In this document: piece by piece, positions 27,254 to 35,412 of the stretch
Position numbering within the stretch: position 1 is the first letter of the stretch
Layout of the letters: each line of letters opens with the position of its first letter
DNA from: a virus
Virus record (IMG/VR): IMGVR_UViG_3300045988_161338
Location: 1 to 64,000 of that record
DNA: 64,000 nt
Reading direction: 5' to 3' (one strand)
Position numbers and translations under genes: made by a program
The notes under the pieces: model-generated
Databases searched by the model: none
What the model saw: the letters and a program-made list of their open reading frames with translations, nothing else
Told to the model about the DNA's origin: nothing

Positions 27254-27493
27254 TTACTGTGGTGAAGCGATGAGGCGTTCAAAGGCGAGAGGGCCGAAGC
27301 GCTGCCACAGGTGGCTTGCGAAGCAGACGAGATAATCGCCATTCCGCAAGACGTGTGACCCTCGCGTTGAGTCGGGGTGAAGCGTGACCGTCGGGTTGCC
27401 GCTGCTGTCGGTCTCAACGGACTTGACGCACGGCAGCTCTTTGAAAAGAGCGATATTTTGTTTGTCTAATTTTAGACTCTGGATTACTTTCAT
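27254..27493 (-). CDS. hypothetical protein
   Basis: 79-aa ORF, first gene after a terminator. Confidence 0.5.
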   Translation of the reverse strand: MKVIQSLKLDKQNIALFKELPCVKSVETDSSGNPTVTLHPDSTRGSHVLRNGDYLVCFASHLWQRFGPLAFERLIASPQ

Positions 27494-27504
27494 AATTGAC
27501 TAAA

Positions 27505-27539
27505 TTTAAAAAAGGCCAGTATTCTCACGAACTCTGGCC
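27505..27539 (-). terminator. intrinsic terminator closing the 27.5-28.5 kb minus-strand unit
   Basis: Stem GGCCAG/CTGGCC. On the minus strand it is followed by TTTTTTAAATTT. Confidence 0.65.
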
Positions 27540-28338
27540 TCGGAGTGTTCAAAAAACTCAAAAAGTGAAAAATATTTAAAACTCAAGCTACGCCACCCCT
27601 CAGAGAGGGTATGGGATGAAAACAAATAACGTGTGTGCGCAAATGCGGACTCAAACCGCAAAAAAAAGACGACGAGGTGTCAATCTTTCCCGTCTTGGAT
27701 TGCGCAAGTTGAGGCCTATTTGTCCTCACGGATTGAAGGCCTCTGTGATATTAAATACCAATAAAAACATTTGAAAAAAGTATAATCTTTCTAAGAAGGA
27801 CGCAAAGAACAGAAATCGGCGCCTTGTAAGCGTGTTCTGTCTATGCGCCCATGTGTTTTAACAAAAATTGAAGACTTAGAAACTATTTTATTTATAACTA
27901 CTCCGTTTATAGACGTTCTTTGCGGTACGTCTCACACAGGCGATTTGTGATGCCTGCATGGCCAGACTGTGTTGCTGTTCGCGAGCGCCTACAGCGACGA
28001 TTCTTTAATTCCGCTGCGGTTCATCTTGCTACTTGACACAGAAGAGCTGGTCTTTGTGCGTAACGCGGTCCTTTCGGAGGTCGCGGCGCTCATTGCGCTA
28101 TCTCCTTCTCCTTTTGGCGTTCGCTGTTTTGTCCATTATGTTAAAGATCTCATTCTTCTTTGCGTGGCAAGGAAGGTTGTGGGTAATGAGGTCTTGAACC
28201 TCGCGGGAGCCTGTCTCCTTTACCCGTTTGTCTCGCATGGCATTCACATGTGACGCGAGACTGTAGAAATTTCGACCGGAGTTCTTTCAGTCGTGTTTAC
28301 ACTTCAACTTTAAATTATGACTTTTCTAACATTAAGCG

Positions 28339-28481
28339 TGAGGTGAAGAGGAATCGAACCTCTTTCCCTGCCCTGTTGTTGTTGCAGGAGTCACCCCGGA
28401 TGGTGGAGGAGCAATCTCTCGGTACCTCCACCTGTGAGCGGCACGCTTGCCGCTTTGTGTCATTTGCTGTCTCGCGACAGT
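28339..28481 (-). ncRNA. tRNA-like structured RNA candidate (four consecutive hairpins ending in T-arm plus acceptor)
   Basis: Minus-strand elements in order: CTGTC/GACAG, AGCGGCA/TGCCGCT, GGTGGAGG-[UACCGAGAGAUUGCU]-CCUCCACC, then GGGGTGA..CCTG-loop-CAGG..AGAGG-TTCGATT-CCTCT-TCACCTC-A. No D-arm and no 7-nt anticodon loop, so it is not a canonical tRNA. Confidence 0.35.
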
Positions 28482-28552
28482 GTTATGACGAAACGAAATT
28501 AAGATTTCTTTTATGAGTGAATTTATTAATACATTTAAAATATGATAATGAA

Positions 28553-28765
28553 TTATACAACATTATTGCGTTCCAAGAGTCGGTCAATGTCGGCTTTTCT
28601 ATAGAAGACGGACTGTCCCAATTTGTAATAAGGGAGCGTTCCGTTCTCCCGCAGGTGCTTGAAGAACCCTGCCGACATTCCGAGATAACGCTGAGCTTCA
28701 GCGTTGGAAAGCCATATCTTTTCAATCTCTTTTACTACTGTCTTTTGCATAGCTGTCAATATCAA
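28553..28765 (-). CDS. excisionase/AlpA-type HTH protein
   Basis: WLSNAEAQRYLGMSAGFFKHLRENGTLPYYKLG..FYRKADIDRLL. Confidence 0.65.
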   Translation of the reverse strand: MILTAMQKTVVKEIEKIWLSNAEAQRYLGMSAGFFKHLRENGTLPYYKLGQSVFYRKADIDRLLERNNVV

Positions 28766-28935
28766 AATCTTTTAACATATCCAAGCTCTCGCGCTCTTTG
28801 TCGGACGAGGTTCTGGATGTCGGTGTCGGCATCCCAAGCCAAAGCCCGTGAAACGGTAGCTCTGCTAACCCCGCAAGCGTCTTGCAGTTTTTTTCTGCAT
28901 CCCATGCGAAGTTTTATTGCTTTTCTCTTTGCCAT
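28762..28935 (-). CDS. small HTH protein (Cro-like candidate)
   Basis: Met at 28935 within the listed ORF. DACGVSRATVSRAL HTH. Divergent from the repressor-like gene. Confidence 0.5.
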   Translation of the reverse strand: MAKRKAIKLRMGCRKKLQDACGVSRATVSRALAWDADTDIQNLVRQRARELGYVKRF

Positions 28936-29040
28936 ATCGTTTTTATTTATTATCTTTGCATACTGATTGTTGGTTGAGCCTTTTGTGATACACCTTAGAG
29001 TGATTACTGAGGCCCTGTCAACGATTGCAAAGGTATAAAA

Positions 29041-29154
29041 AATTACCAAACAATTACCAACTTGGTAATAGAAAATTTCCAAATTTAACTTTGTTTTACA
29101 AAATGAGCGTTTCTGATTAACAATTATATCGAATAAATTAACATTTTGGTAATT
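29041..29154. promoter_or_regulatory. operator cluster in the divergent switch region
   Basis: AATTACCAA at 29041-29049 and 29052-29060. TTGGTAAT at 29062-29069, forming a palindrome with the second copy, and again at 29146-29153 abutting ATG 29155. Confidence 0.6.
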
Positions 29155-29625
29155 ATGACAACAGATTCAACATTAAGAGTGATGTCGCTTATCGGGCGCA
29201 CTAACTTATCGAAAAAGGATTTCGCAACTAAGTGTGGTATTACACCTCCTGCTTTTAGTCGCTCGCTCAAGAACGGTTTTTCGCTGGAATATCTTGCAAG
29301 GATTGCCAAGGCTTTTGACGAAGACTTGGATTGGCTGCGTTATGGCCAGGCGAAGGCCGACGCCAAAAAAGAGCTGTCAGTGGATAACGGCAGCATGGCA
29401 CAAGGATATGCCACCATCAACACCATCAACGGCGAGAACAACAATGGGACACAGACGATCAACTCTTCGGAAGATGATTGCAGGGTGCTGCGCGAGCGCA
29501 TTGCCATGCTGGAAGAAAAGATTGCTCTGCAAGACAAGGTTATTGCCGACAAAGAAGAGGAAATAAAGTTCTTGAGAAAGATGCTTTCGGGTGACGGCGT
29601 ACCCAAAAGCGTACCATGCGAATAG
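29155..29625 (+). CDS. XRE/cI-type repressor candidate
   Basis: N-terminal HTH (LSKKDFATKCGITPPAFSRSL) and a C-terminal coiled coil. ATG 29155 lies within the listed TTG ORF. Confidence 0.65.
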   Translation: MTTDSTLRVMSLIGRTNLSKKDFATKCGITPPAFSRSLKNGFSLEYLARIAKAFDEDLDWLRYGQAKADAKKELSVDNGSMAQGYATINTINGENNNGTQTINSSEDDCRVLRERIAMLEEKIALQDKVIADKEEEIKFLRKMLSGDGVPKSVPCE

Positions 29626-29690
29626 TGGTAGTGTGTAAAGTGTTGTGTTTCAAATAGTTATAATAGTGCTTACTTTCTTCCCAAGCTTGG

Positions 29691-29719
29691 GGTCGCGGGT
29701 TCGAGCCCCGTTTGTCGCT
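29691..29719 (+). other. tRNA 3'-end-like segment (T-arm plus acceptor strand); candidate att core
   Basis: GCGGG-TTCGAGC-CCCGT-TTGTCGC-T. There is no matching 5' acceptor, D-arm or anticodon arm upstream. Lies 230 nt upstream of the integrase. Confidence 0.55.
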
Positions 29720-29946
29720 CTTGACATAAACATCTAACATTCAGCGAGTTAAAGAAAATAAGCAGTCATTTTTTGGCTGCTTTTTCGCGTTTTAGGCTAA
29801 TTTGAAAATGGCTTATTAGGGTCTATGGAGGTCTATCGAGAAAAAGAAACGTACCCTTCAACGTACCCAAATGCAAAATAAGCCAACTTGCGACATATAG
29901 CCTTATAGACTGGAGACGGAGTAGGCCGTTAAAAAATAACAGGACT

Positions 29947-31134
29947 ATGAAGTACAGGATTTATGTGGATTTCACAAAGAAGAAGAAGGACGGGACTGCG
30001 CCCGTGGTGTTGATTTTTGAGGGTTGCGGCAAGCGTTTCAAGCTCTCTACAGGTCTTTGTGCGGTGAACAACATTGTGGGCCGCGCGTTTCAGAAGGGAG
30101 AGCCTTGCGCTACGGCGAAGAACGCGGTGCTGGCGAAGAAGCTGCTGGCCGTTGACCAGTTTATGCTGTTGCGGGGCGACAACATGCCCGTTGACGAGCT
30201 AAAGGACGAGCTGCGGCTCATCTTGAGCAACAGGCAGAAGAGCGCGAAGACGCTGGTTCACTATATCGAGCGTTTTGCGGACACGAAGGAGCGCAAGGGG
30301 ACGCGCGACCTGTATGACCTTGCCGCGCGTAAGGTGGCTGCCTTTGACGCCAAGGCGACGTTTGAGGACGTTGACGTGAGGTGGCTTGACGGTTTTGTGC
30401 GCTCGATGGGTGACGTGAGCGTGAACTATCAGTCGATCATGCTTCGCAACATAAGGACGGTGTTCAACTGGGCCATCGACAACGAGTGGACGGACAAATA
30501 TCCGTTCAGGCGTTACAAGATTAAAAGCGAGAAGGTGGCGATAAACAACATCACGGTTGCGCAGCTTCGCGCGGTGAGGGACTATCCGCTGGATGATGAC
30601 TGGCGGTGCATGTACAGGGACCTGTTCATGCTTGTGTTCTATCTGTGCGGCATCAACCCCGTTGACCTGCTGCACCTGAAGAAGGAAAACCTGAAGAACG
30701 GCAGGATACGCTACAAAAGGGCCAAGACGGGGCGTTTGTATGACATACCTGTGCCGACGGAGGCCCGGAAGATTATAGAGCGTTACAGGGGAAAAGAATG
30801 GCTTCTGTGCCCACTTGACAGGTTTGGGTCACACAAGGACTTTGACGCGCACTGGAACGCTGCCCTGAAGAAGATTGGTCCTGTGAGGATTGTTCCCGAC
30901 AAGGTGGGGAGGATGAGAAAGATGGAATGGGAGCCGATTGTGGACGGTATGACGATATACACGGCGCGTTACACGTTTGCGAGCATCGGCGCGGAGCTTG
31001 ACATTCCGAGAGAGACGATAGCCTTGTGTCTTGGCCATGCCTGGACGGACGTGACGAGCCGATACATAAGCTACGACAACAAGAAGATTGACGGGGCTGT
31101 GAAGAAGATTATCGGTTACGTCAACAAGGCGTAA
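29947..31134 (+). CDS. tyrosine recombinase / integrase (IntDOT-like, Asn at the Arg-I position)
   Basis: YTARYTFASIG and LCLGHAWTDVTSRYISY box II. Box I reads LCGINPVDLL. Confidence 0.8.
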   Translation: MKYRIYVDFTKKKKDGTAPVVLIFEGCGKRFKLSTGLCAVNNIVGRAFQKGEPCATAKNAVLAKKLLAVDQFMLLRGDNMPVDELKDELRLILSNRQKSAKTLVHYIERFADTKERKGTRDLYDLAARKVAAFDAKATFEDVDVRWLDGFVRSMGDVSVNYQSIMLRNIRTVFNWAIDNEWTDKYPFRRYKIKSEKVAINNITVAQLRAVRDYPLDDDWRCMYRDLFMLVFYLCGINPVDLLHLKKENLKNGRIRYKRAKTGRLYDIPVPTEARKIIERYRGKEWLLCPLDRFGSHKDFDAHWNAALKKIGPVRIVPDKVGRMRKMEWEPIVDGMTIYTARYTFASIGAELDIPRETIALCLGHAWTDVTSRYISYDNKKIDGAVKKIIGYVNKA

Positions 31135-31143
31135 AAGAAAAAG

Positions 31144-31180
31144 CCCGGCCGCGCACAGAGAGAAGAGAAGCGCGGCCGGG
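31144..31180. terminator. hairpin between convergent int and the accessory block
   Basis: 10-bp stem CCCGGCCGCG/CGCGGCCGGG. Confidence 0.55.
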
Positions 31181-31197
31181 TCTTGGGAAACGGAGGG

Positions 31198-31431
31198 CTA
31201 AACGCCGATCATCTTGTCGGTGAGTTCTTGCTCTGCCATGCTGATGACGGCCTTGTAGGCGGTGTCGTAGCCTTGGATGAAGGTTCCGTACTTGCGCCCG
31301 TAGGCGTTGCTGTCCTGTCCCTTCTCGGGGTTGGTCTGTTCTATGAAGCGTTCAAGGCAGCAGCTTGCTGCACGGAGGTGGAAGAGAGCCGATGCTATCT
31401 CGTCTGAAATTTGTATCTTATCGCTGTTCAT
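31198..31431 (-). CDS. hypothetical protein
   Basis: 77-aa ORF. Confidence 0.5.
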   Translation of the reverse strand: MNSDKIQISDEIASALFHLRAASCCLERFIEQTNPEKGQDSNAYGRKYGTFIQGYDTAYKAVISMAEQELTDKMIGV

Positions 31432-32212
31432 TGTCGTTTGAGGTTTTTTCGATTAATGGAATGATGTTGTGAGACTTGAGGGTGTCGTAGAGAAAGAGGC
31501 GGCCGCGCTGTGACCACTTGGTGAACGTGCGCACGCCCTGTGTGCCGTCGGCCTTGGCGTAGGTGAAGGTCTCGGACTGGACGTAGCCCTTGGCGAGGTA
31601 CTTGCCGTAGACTATCCATATCTGCCCCACCTTGTGCTGTATCTTCAGGTTGCGCAGCAGGACGTTGAAGGCCTTTGCGGACATGCCGTAGTCTTGTGCG
31701 ATTTGCGTGACATTGATTGTGTCCTTGCACTGGAGGATGTTGTCGACATAAGACACCTTCGGCTTCATGTTGTTGACGGCTGTGTCGAGCTCGACGATCT
31801 GTGCGTCTTTCATCTCTATTGCCTGCTGCTTCTTCGCGTTGTCGGCAGCGAGCATCTGTTTCTCCTCTTCGGAGGCGACGAGAGCCTTTAGGGCATCGAG
31901 GTAGGTTGAGGGGAGCTGAGGAGCGTTTTTGCGTTCAAGTTCTTCCCAACGAAGGACAAGTTTTGCTCTTGCCTCGTCGTTAAACTTTGTGGCAATGTAA
32001 AGACACTCTTCTTTGTTTAGTAGAAACATTGGGCGTTTTCGGTTGTTGGGGTCTGTGTAATAGCAGAGGGAAAATTTGCGCCCAGCTATCTTTTCCCACG
32101 AACGCTCCATTTTCCTGATTGCTTTTAATACATCGTTGTGTTGTTTCCCTGAAATTTCTGCGATTAGCAGTGAACTCATTGTTTCTTGCTTCATTAATTC
32201 GTCCATAAACAT
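31418..32212 (-). CDS. Rha-family regulator with KilA-C/ANT-like C-terminal domain (antirepressor-like)
   Basis: SSLLIAEISGKQHNDVLKAIRKM (Rha N-terminus) and NVTQIAQDYGMSAKAFNVLLRNL (KilAC-like). Several candidate starts. Confidence 0.7.
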   Translation of the reverse strand: MFMDELMKQETMSSLLIAEISGKQHNDVLKAIRKMERSWEKIAGRKFSLCYYTDPNNRKRPMFLLNKEECLYIATKFNDEARAKLVLRWEELERKNAPQLPSTYLDALKALVASEEEKQMLAADNAKKQQAIEMKDAQIVELDTAVNNMKPKVSYVDNILQCKDTINVTQIAQDYGMSAKAFNVLLRNLKIQHKVGQIWIVYGKYLAKGYVQSETFTYAKADGTQGVRTFTKWSQRGRLFLYDTLKSHNIIPLIEKTSNDNEQR

Positions 32213-32500
32213 GATTTTTGAACATTGAACTATGCGGACACAAAAAAGGCGTACCGCTACCCTTTGTTCAATGCCTCATGTGGCTGGCACGCACACGCCA
32301 TTACAGCGTATGCAAGGGGCGATACGCCAAAGGCATATCTTTTTCCCAAAAGTTTCGAGCATAAATAAAGCCCTCCCTCAAAAGTTTTTGTGGAAGAGCT
32401 TACGACTCTGCCACATGATTATTGAACACTGCAAAGTTAAGGCTTTTGCGTGAAACAACAAAATTTTTGAGGGAGAATTTTTATAAAAATCATTTATCTG

Positions 32501-32626
32501 TCATTGGTGTGGGGACGACAATCCAAAATTGGATTGTTGCAAACCTTGCGCCAAAATGTTGCGAATATCCCGCATCACATGAGCGTGTTGTTTACCTGTG
32601 ACCTCAGCAATTTCAAGGGAGGTCAT
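32501..32626 (-). pseudogene. truncated Rha-family N-terminal fragment
   Basis: Hand translation MTSLEIAEVTGKQHAHVMRDIRNILAQGLQQSNFGLSSPHQ*. It parallels the N-terminus of 31418-32212 and then stops. Confidence 0.6.
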
Positions 32627-32649
32627 GCGTCTGATATAAGGTCGGAGTT

Positions 32650-33315
32650 TTATTCGCTTTGACGACGATAATCGTTAACGGCCTTTTGGATTAGTCGATA
32701 TTTGTCGGCTTCGATTTGCTGGTCTATCTCATGTTCTTCTTTTTGCATTTGGGTTTCATAGGAAGAAGGATACAAAGAAGCGTCAAACCCAGTTAGGGAG
32801 AATTTGTATGCCGTAAAGACAGCCAAACAAACAAAAGCCGTACACATCCATCCGTACATTAAAGGCTTGGTCTTGCCTTTTTTTATTAAAGACAAAGATG
32901 TACTAAAAATTCCGGCAACGGCAAATAATGAGTACACAATATAGGCGATGGTTATGAAGCCGACTATTAGCCCTCCCTCATATATAGTTTGGAAGTGTGC
33001 GCCAAAAATATAGTTTATCTTGTTTAAAAATTTGCTGCTTTCCATAAAAAAGGGGAACAGCACCAAGATGTAAGATGGCAATATCATGGATGCTGCAAAT
33101 GAATATAGCAAGACATCAGATCCTTTCGCGTTTTTATGCTCTGTTAAACCTGTGAAATTCATCATTGTAAAAATAACATAAGCTCCCAACGCAAATAATT
33201 GCATAACAACACAGACAAGCATCCACCACCCATTTTGGAATAGAAGAAAAGCGCAGATGGGGATAATTGTAAATAGAATGGGTATTGAAAGACCCTGAAT
33301 TGTTTTGAAGTTCAT
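32650..33315 (-). CDS. multi-pass membrane protein (AT-rich moron-like gene)
   Basis: 221 aa with 6-7 hydrophobic helices and a charged C-terminal tail. Visibly lower GC than the flanks. Confidence 0.65.
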   Translation of the reverse strand: MNFKTIQGLSIPILFTIIPICAFLLFQNGWWMLVCVVMQLFALGAYVIFTMMNFTGLTEHKNAKGSDVLLYSFAASMILPSYILVLFPFFMESSKFLNKINYIFGAHFQTIYEGGLIVGFITIAYIVYSLFAVAGIFSTSLSLIKKGKTKPLMYGWMCTAFVCLAVFTAYKFSLTGFDASLYPSSYETQMQKEEHEIDQQIEADKYRLIQKAVNDYRRQSE

Positions 33316-33805
33316 GATTTTTGATATTTTAAGAGATTATATTTAGGCCGCAAATTTACGGAATAATCTGCTACCCTGCAAGATTTTTTGCGGCTTTAAC
33401 ACGGATTTAACAAATTTCTGCCGTGTATTGTGTGCTGGCATGGGTGTGTGCCTGTGTGTGCGTATATGCGTAGGCGCACACATGCTCACGCGCACGCGCG
33501 CGCGAAAAAGCCCGTTTTTTTCTCCAAACCTTGGGTCTTGTAGAAACCCAGTTTTTGGCTTTCGAAAAGTTTACAAAGAAAAAGAAGCAAAAAGAAAGAA
33601 CATAAATAATATATATATATATTTATTATATATTAACTAGCTATTAACGCGCGACCTTAGCTTTTATACATGTACCTTATTATATACATGTGTATTATAA
33701 GGTGAAAAGTGGAATTTTGGTGATTTTTGGGTGTTTTTGATGTCTGATTGTGGATTTTTATGCCGTAAAAGGCTGATAATTAGCGACATAGAACCCATAG
33801 AAACG

Positions 33806-33985
33806 GTGATACGATATGAAACGAAAGTGATACGATTGCGATACGGTTTGTAAAAGACTGATACACAATAGGTTATACGATTTTAGGGTGAGCCGTTTGT
33901 GATACACGATACATCATGGAGGCTTGTAACGTACTGATTATAGGGTAGTTACAATCGTATCGTAATCGTATCACCAACGTATCAC
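33806..33985. repeat. iteron-like GATAC(G/A) array
   Basis: GTGATACGAT at 33806 and 33827. Variants at 33838, 33858, 33872 and 33899-33914. Inverted copies ATCGTATC..ATCGTATCAC..CGTATCAC at 33954-33985. Confidence 0.7.
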
Positions 33986-34097
33986 AATAATATATAAGGG
34001 GTTGTTGTGGTCGGACGGGACCTATTGGGAAATTGGGGCAGACTGGGGCAAAAACAGGGTCTGAGGGACGAAGAGCCCCGCTTGTAAGCAGGGCTCT

Positions 34098-34130
34098 TTT
34101 ACATGGGGTTTACATGGGGTTTACATGGGG
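34098..34130. repeat. 3 x 11-nt tandem repeat TTTACATGGGG
   Basis: Read directly. Preceded by the hairpin AGAGCCC/GGGCTCT (34072-34097). Confidence 0.85.
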
Positions 34131-34137
34131 TCATGGT

Positions 34138-34431
34138 TTAATCTTCGTCGTCCTCCTCGTCTTGTGGTTGCTTCTCGGCTATGTAGAGCGATGCTGCCTT
34201 GACGAGCACGGCGAGACCTCCTGCAAACCATGCGCCAAAGATGTAAGGGAAAAACTCTCTCATCATGAAGATGCCGATGAACTTTTTGTTAGAGTAGTCG
34301 TCGGTAAAGAACCACAGGCAGAAGCCGATGACTACAATTGCCAAGGCGAGGATGAAGCCAAGGCGTGCGAAGACGTTCAACACTCGGGCTGTCGTTGATG
34401 CGTCCATGGAAAAGAATTTCTTGATGTTCAT
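34138..34431 (-). CDS. small membrane protein with acidic tail
   Basis: 97 aa with 2-3 TM helices. C-terminal sequence QPQDEEDDED. Confidence 0.55.
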   Translation of the reverse strand: MNIKKFFSMDASTTARVLNVFARLGFILALAIVVIGFCLWFFTDDYSNKKFIGIFMMREFFPYIFGAWFAGGLAVLVKAASLYIAEKQPQDEEDDED

Positions 34432-34488
34432 AATAATTTTGAAAATAATTGTTAAAGTTTAGAGCAAATGCTTGCTCTGTATTGATTG

Positions 34489-34920
34489 TTATAACGTATG
34501 CTCGCCGTTCTTGTAGGGTACTATAATCTCCTGCTCGTCGCCGTTCTCGAAGATGTGCGTGTGGTGCAGACGGTATTCCTTATCAACGTAAAACTCGCCA
34601 TCAACCTCATACGTCTTGCCGTCGGCCTTATACTGGAGGTTGTCGCTTCCGTTACTATGCTTAGTGAGCATAATGTCTTCGATACGGTGCACTATAGGTG
34701 TCGTGTAGTGCTCACGGAGGTAAGCCTTCAACTCCTCGATTTGAGCCTCTGTCGGTTCGCCAGTCTCGTCAAGTTCATCATCGTCAAAGTACTCGTAATA
34801 GCCTGTACAGCTCTCAGCATCATTGATGATATAGTCGGCTACTGTCATGTAGTTCTCACGAATTTCTTGCTCGTTATCGTGAGCTATCGCCTTGATGTAA
34901 GTGTCTATTGATTTTCGCAT
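34489..34920 (-). CDS. hypothetical acidic protein
   Basis: 143-aa ORF rich in D/E/Y. Confidence 0.6.
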   Translation of the reverse strand: MRKSIDTYIKAIAHDNEQEIRENYMTVADYIINDAESCTGYYEYFDDDELDETGEPTEAQIEELKAYLREHYTTPIVHRIEDIMLTKHSNGSDNLQYKADGKTYEVDGEFYVDKEYRLHHTHIFENGDEQEIIVPYKNGEHTL

Positions 34921-34980
34921 ATTCTTTCCGCTTTGCCGTAATGCGGTAGGGCTGAAACGTGGTTATTTTTATGTTATTTG

Positions 34981-35364
34981 TTACTTGTCTTCGGGGTCTT
35001 TAGGCAAGACAGAAGACCAGAAGGGATCATCGTCTTCGGTCTGTTGAGGCTCCATGAGAGCGTTGAGCTGCTCGTCGGGAAACTCTAAAAGGGTGAGGGT
35101 GCCGAGGAAGAGCTGTGAAAAATCTTCAAGAGAGTCGCCCGCCCTCTTCGCCTTCTCGATAAGCTCAAAGATCGTAGGGTTGAGCTGTTCGTGATAGCCT
35201 GTCGGCTCGATGGCATCGGTGAAGCGACGGCTGAGGTCGGTGTACTTGGCCTCGAACTCGTCGAAAGACGTGATGACGCCACGCCTGATGTCGAGGAAGA
35301 GGTCTTGCGTCATGTCCTCGTACTGGGCGAGGATCTTCCTGTAAGCTTTGTAGTTTCTTTCCAT
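34981..35364 (-). CDS. hypothetical protein
   Basis: 127-aa ORF. Confidence 0.6.
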   Translation of the reverse strand: MERNYKAYRKILAQYEDMTQDLFLDIRRGVITSFDEFEAKYTDLSRRFTDAIEPTGYHEQLNPTIFELIEKAKRAGDSLEDFSQLFLGTLTLLEFPDEQLNALMEPQQTEDDDPFWSSVLPKDPEDK

Positions 35365-35412
35365 ATTCTTAATTCTTAAAAGATTTTATTGTCATACATA
35401 AGCCACACGCTG

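Noticed and set aside
28339-28740. A tmRNA or canonical type-II tRNA on the minus strand
   Set aside because: The partner of the 3' acceptor strand lies only 59 nt away, and there is no G3:U70. A 350-nt tmRNA body would overlap the HTH gene 28553-28765. The 90-nt alternative fold gives only 5 of 7 acceptor pairs and no D-arm.
29641-29720. A complete tRNA gene
   Set aside because: Upstream sequence cannot form an acceptor 5' strand, a D-arm or an anticodon arm. Only the T-arm and the 3' acceptor strand are present.
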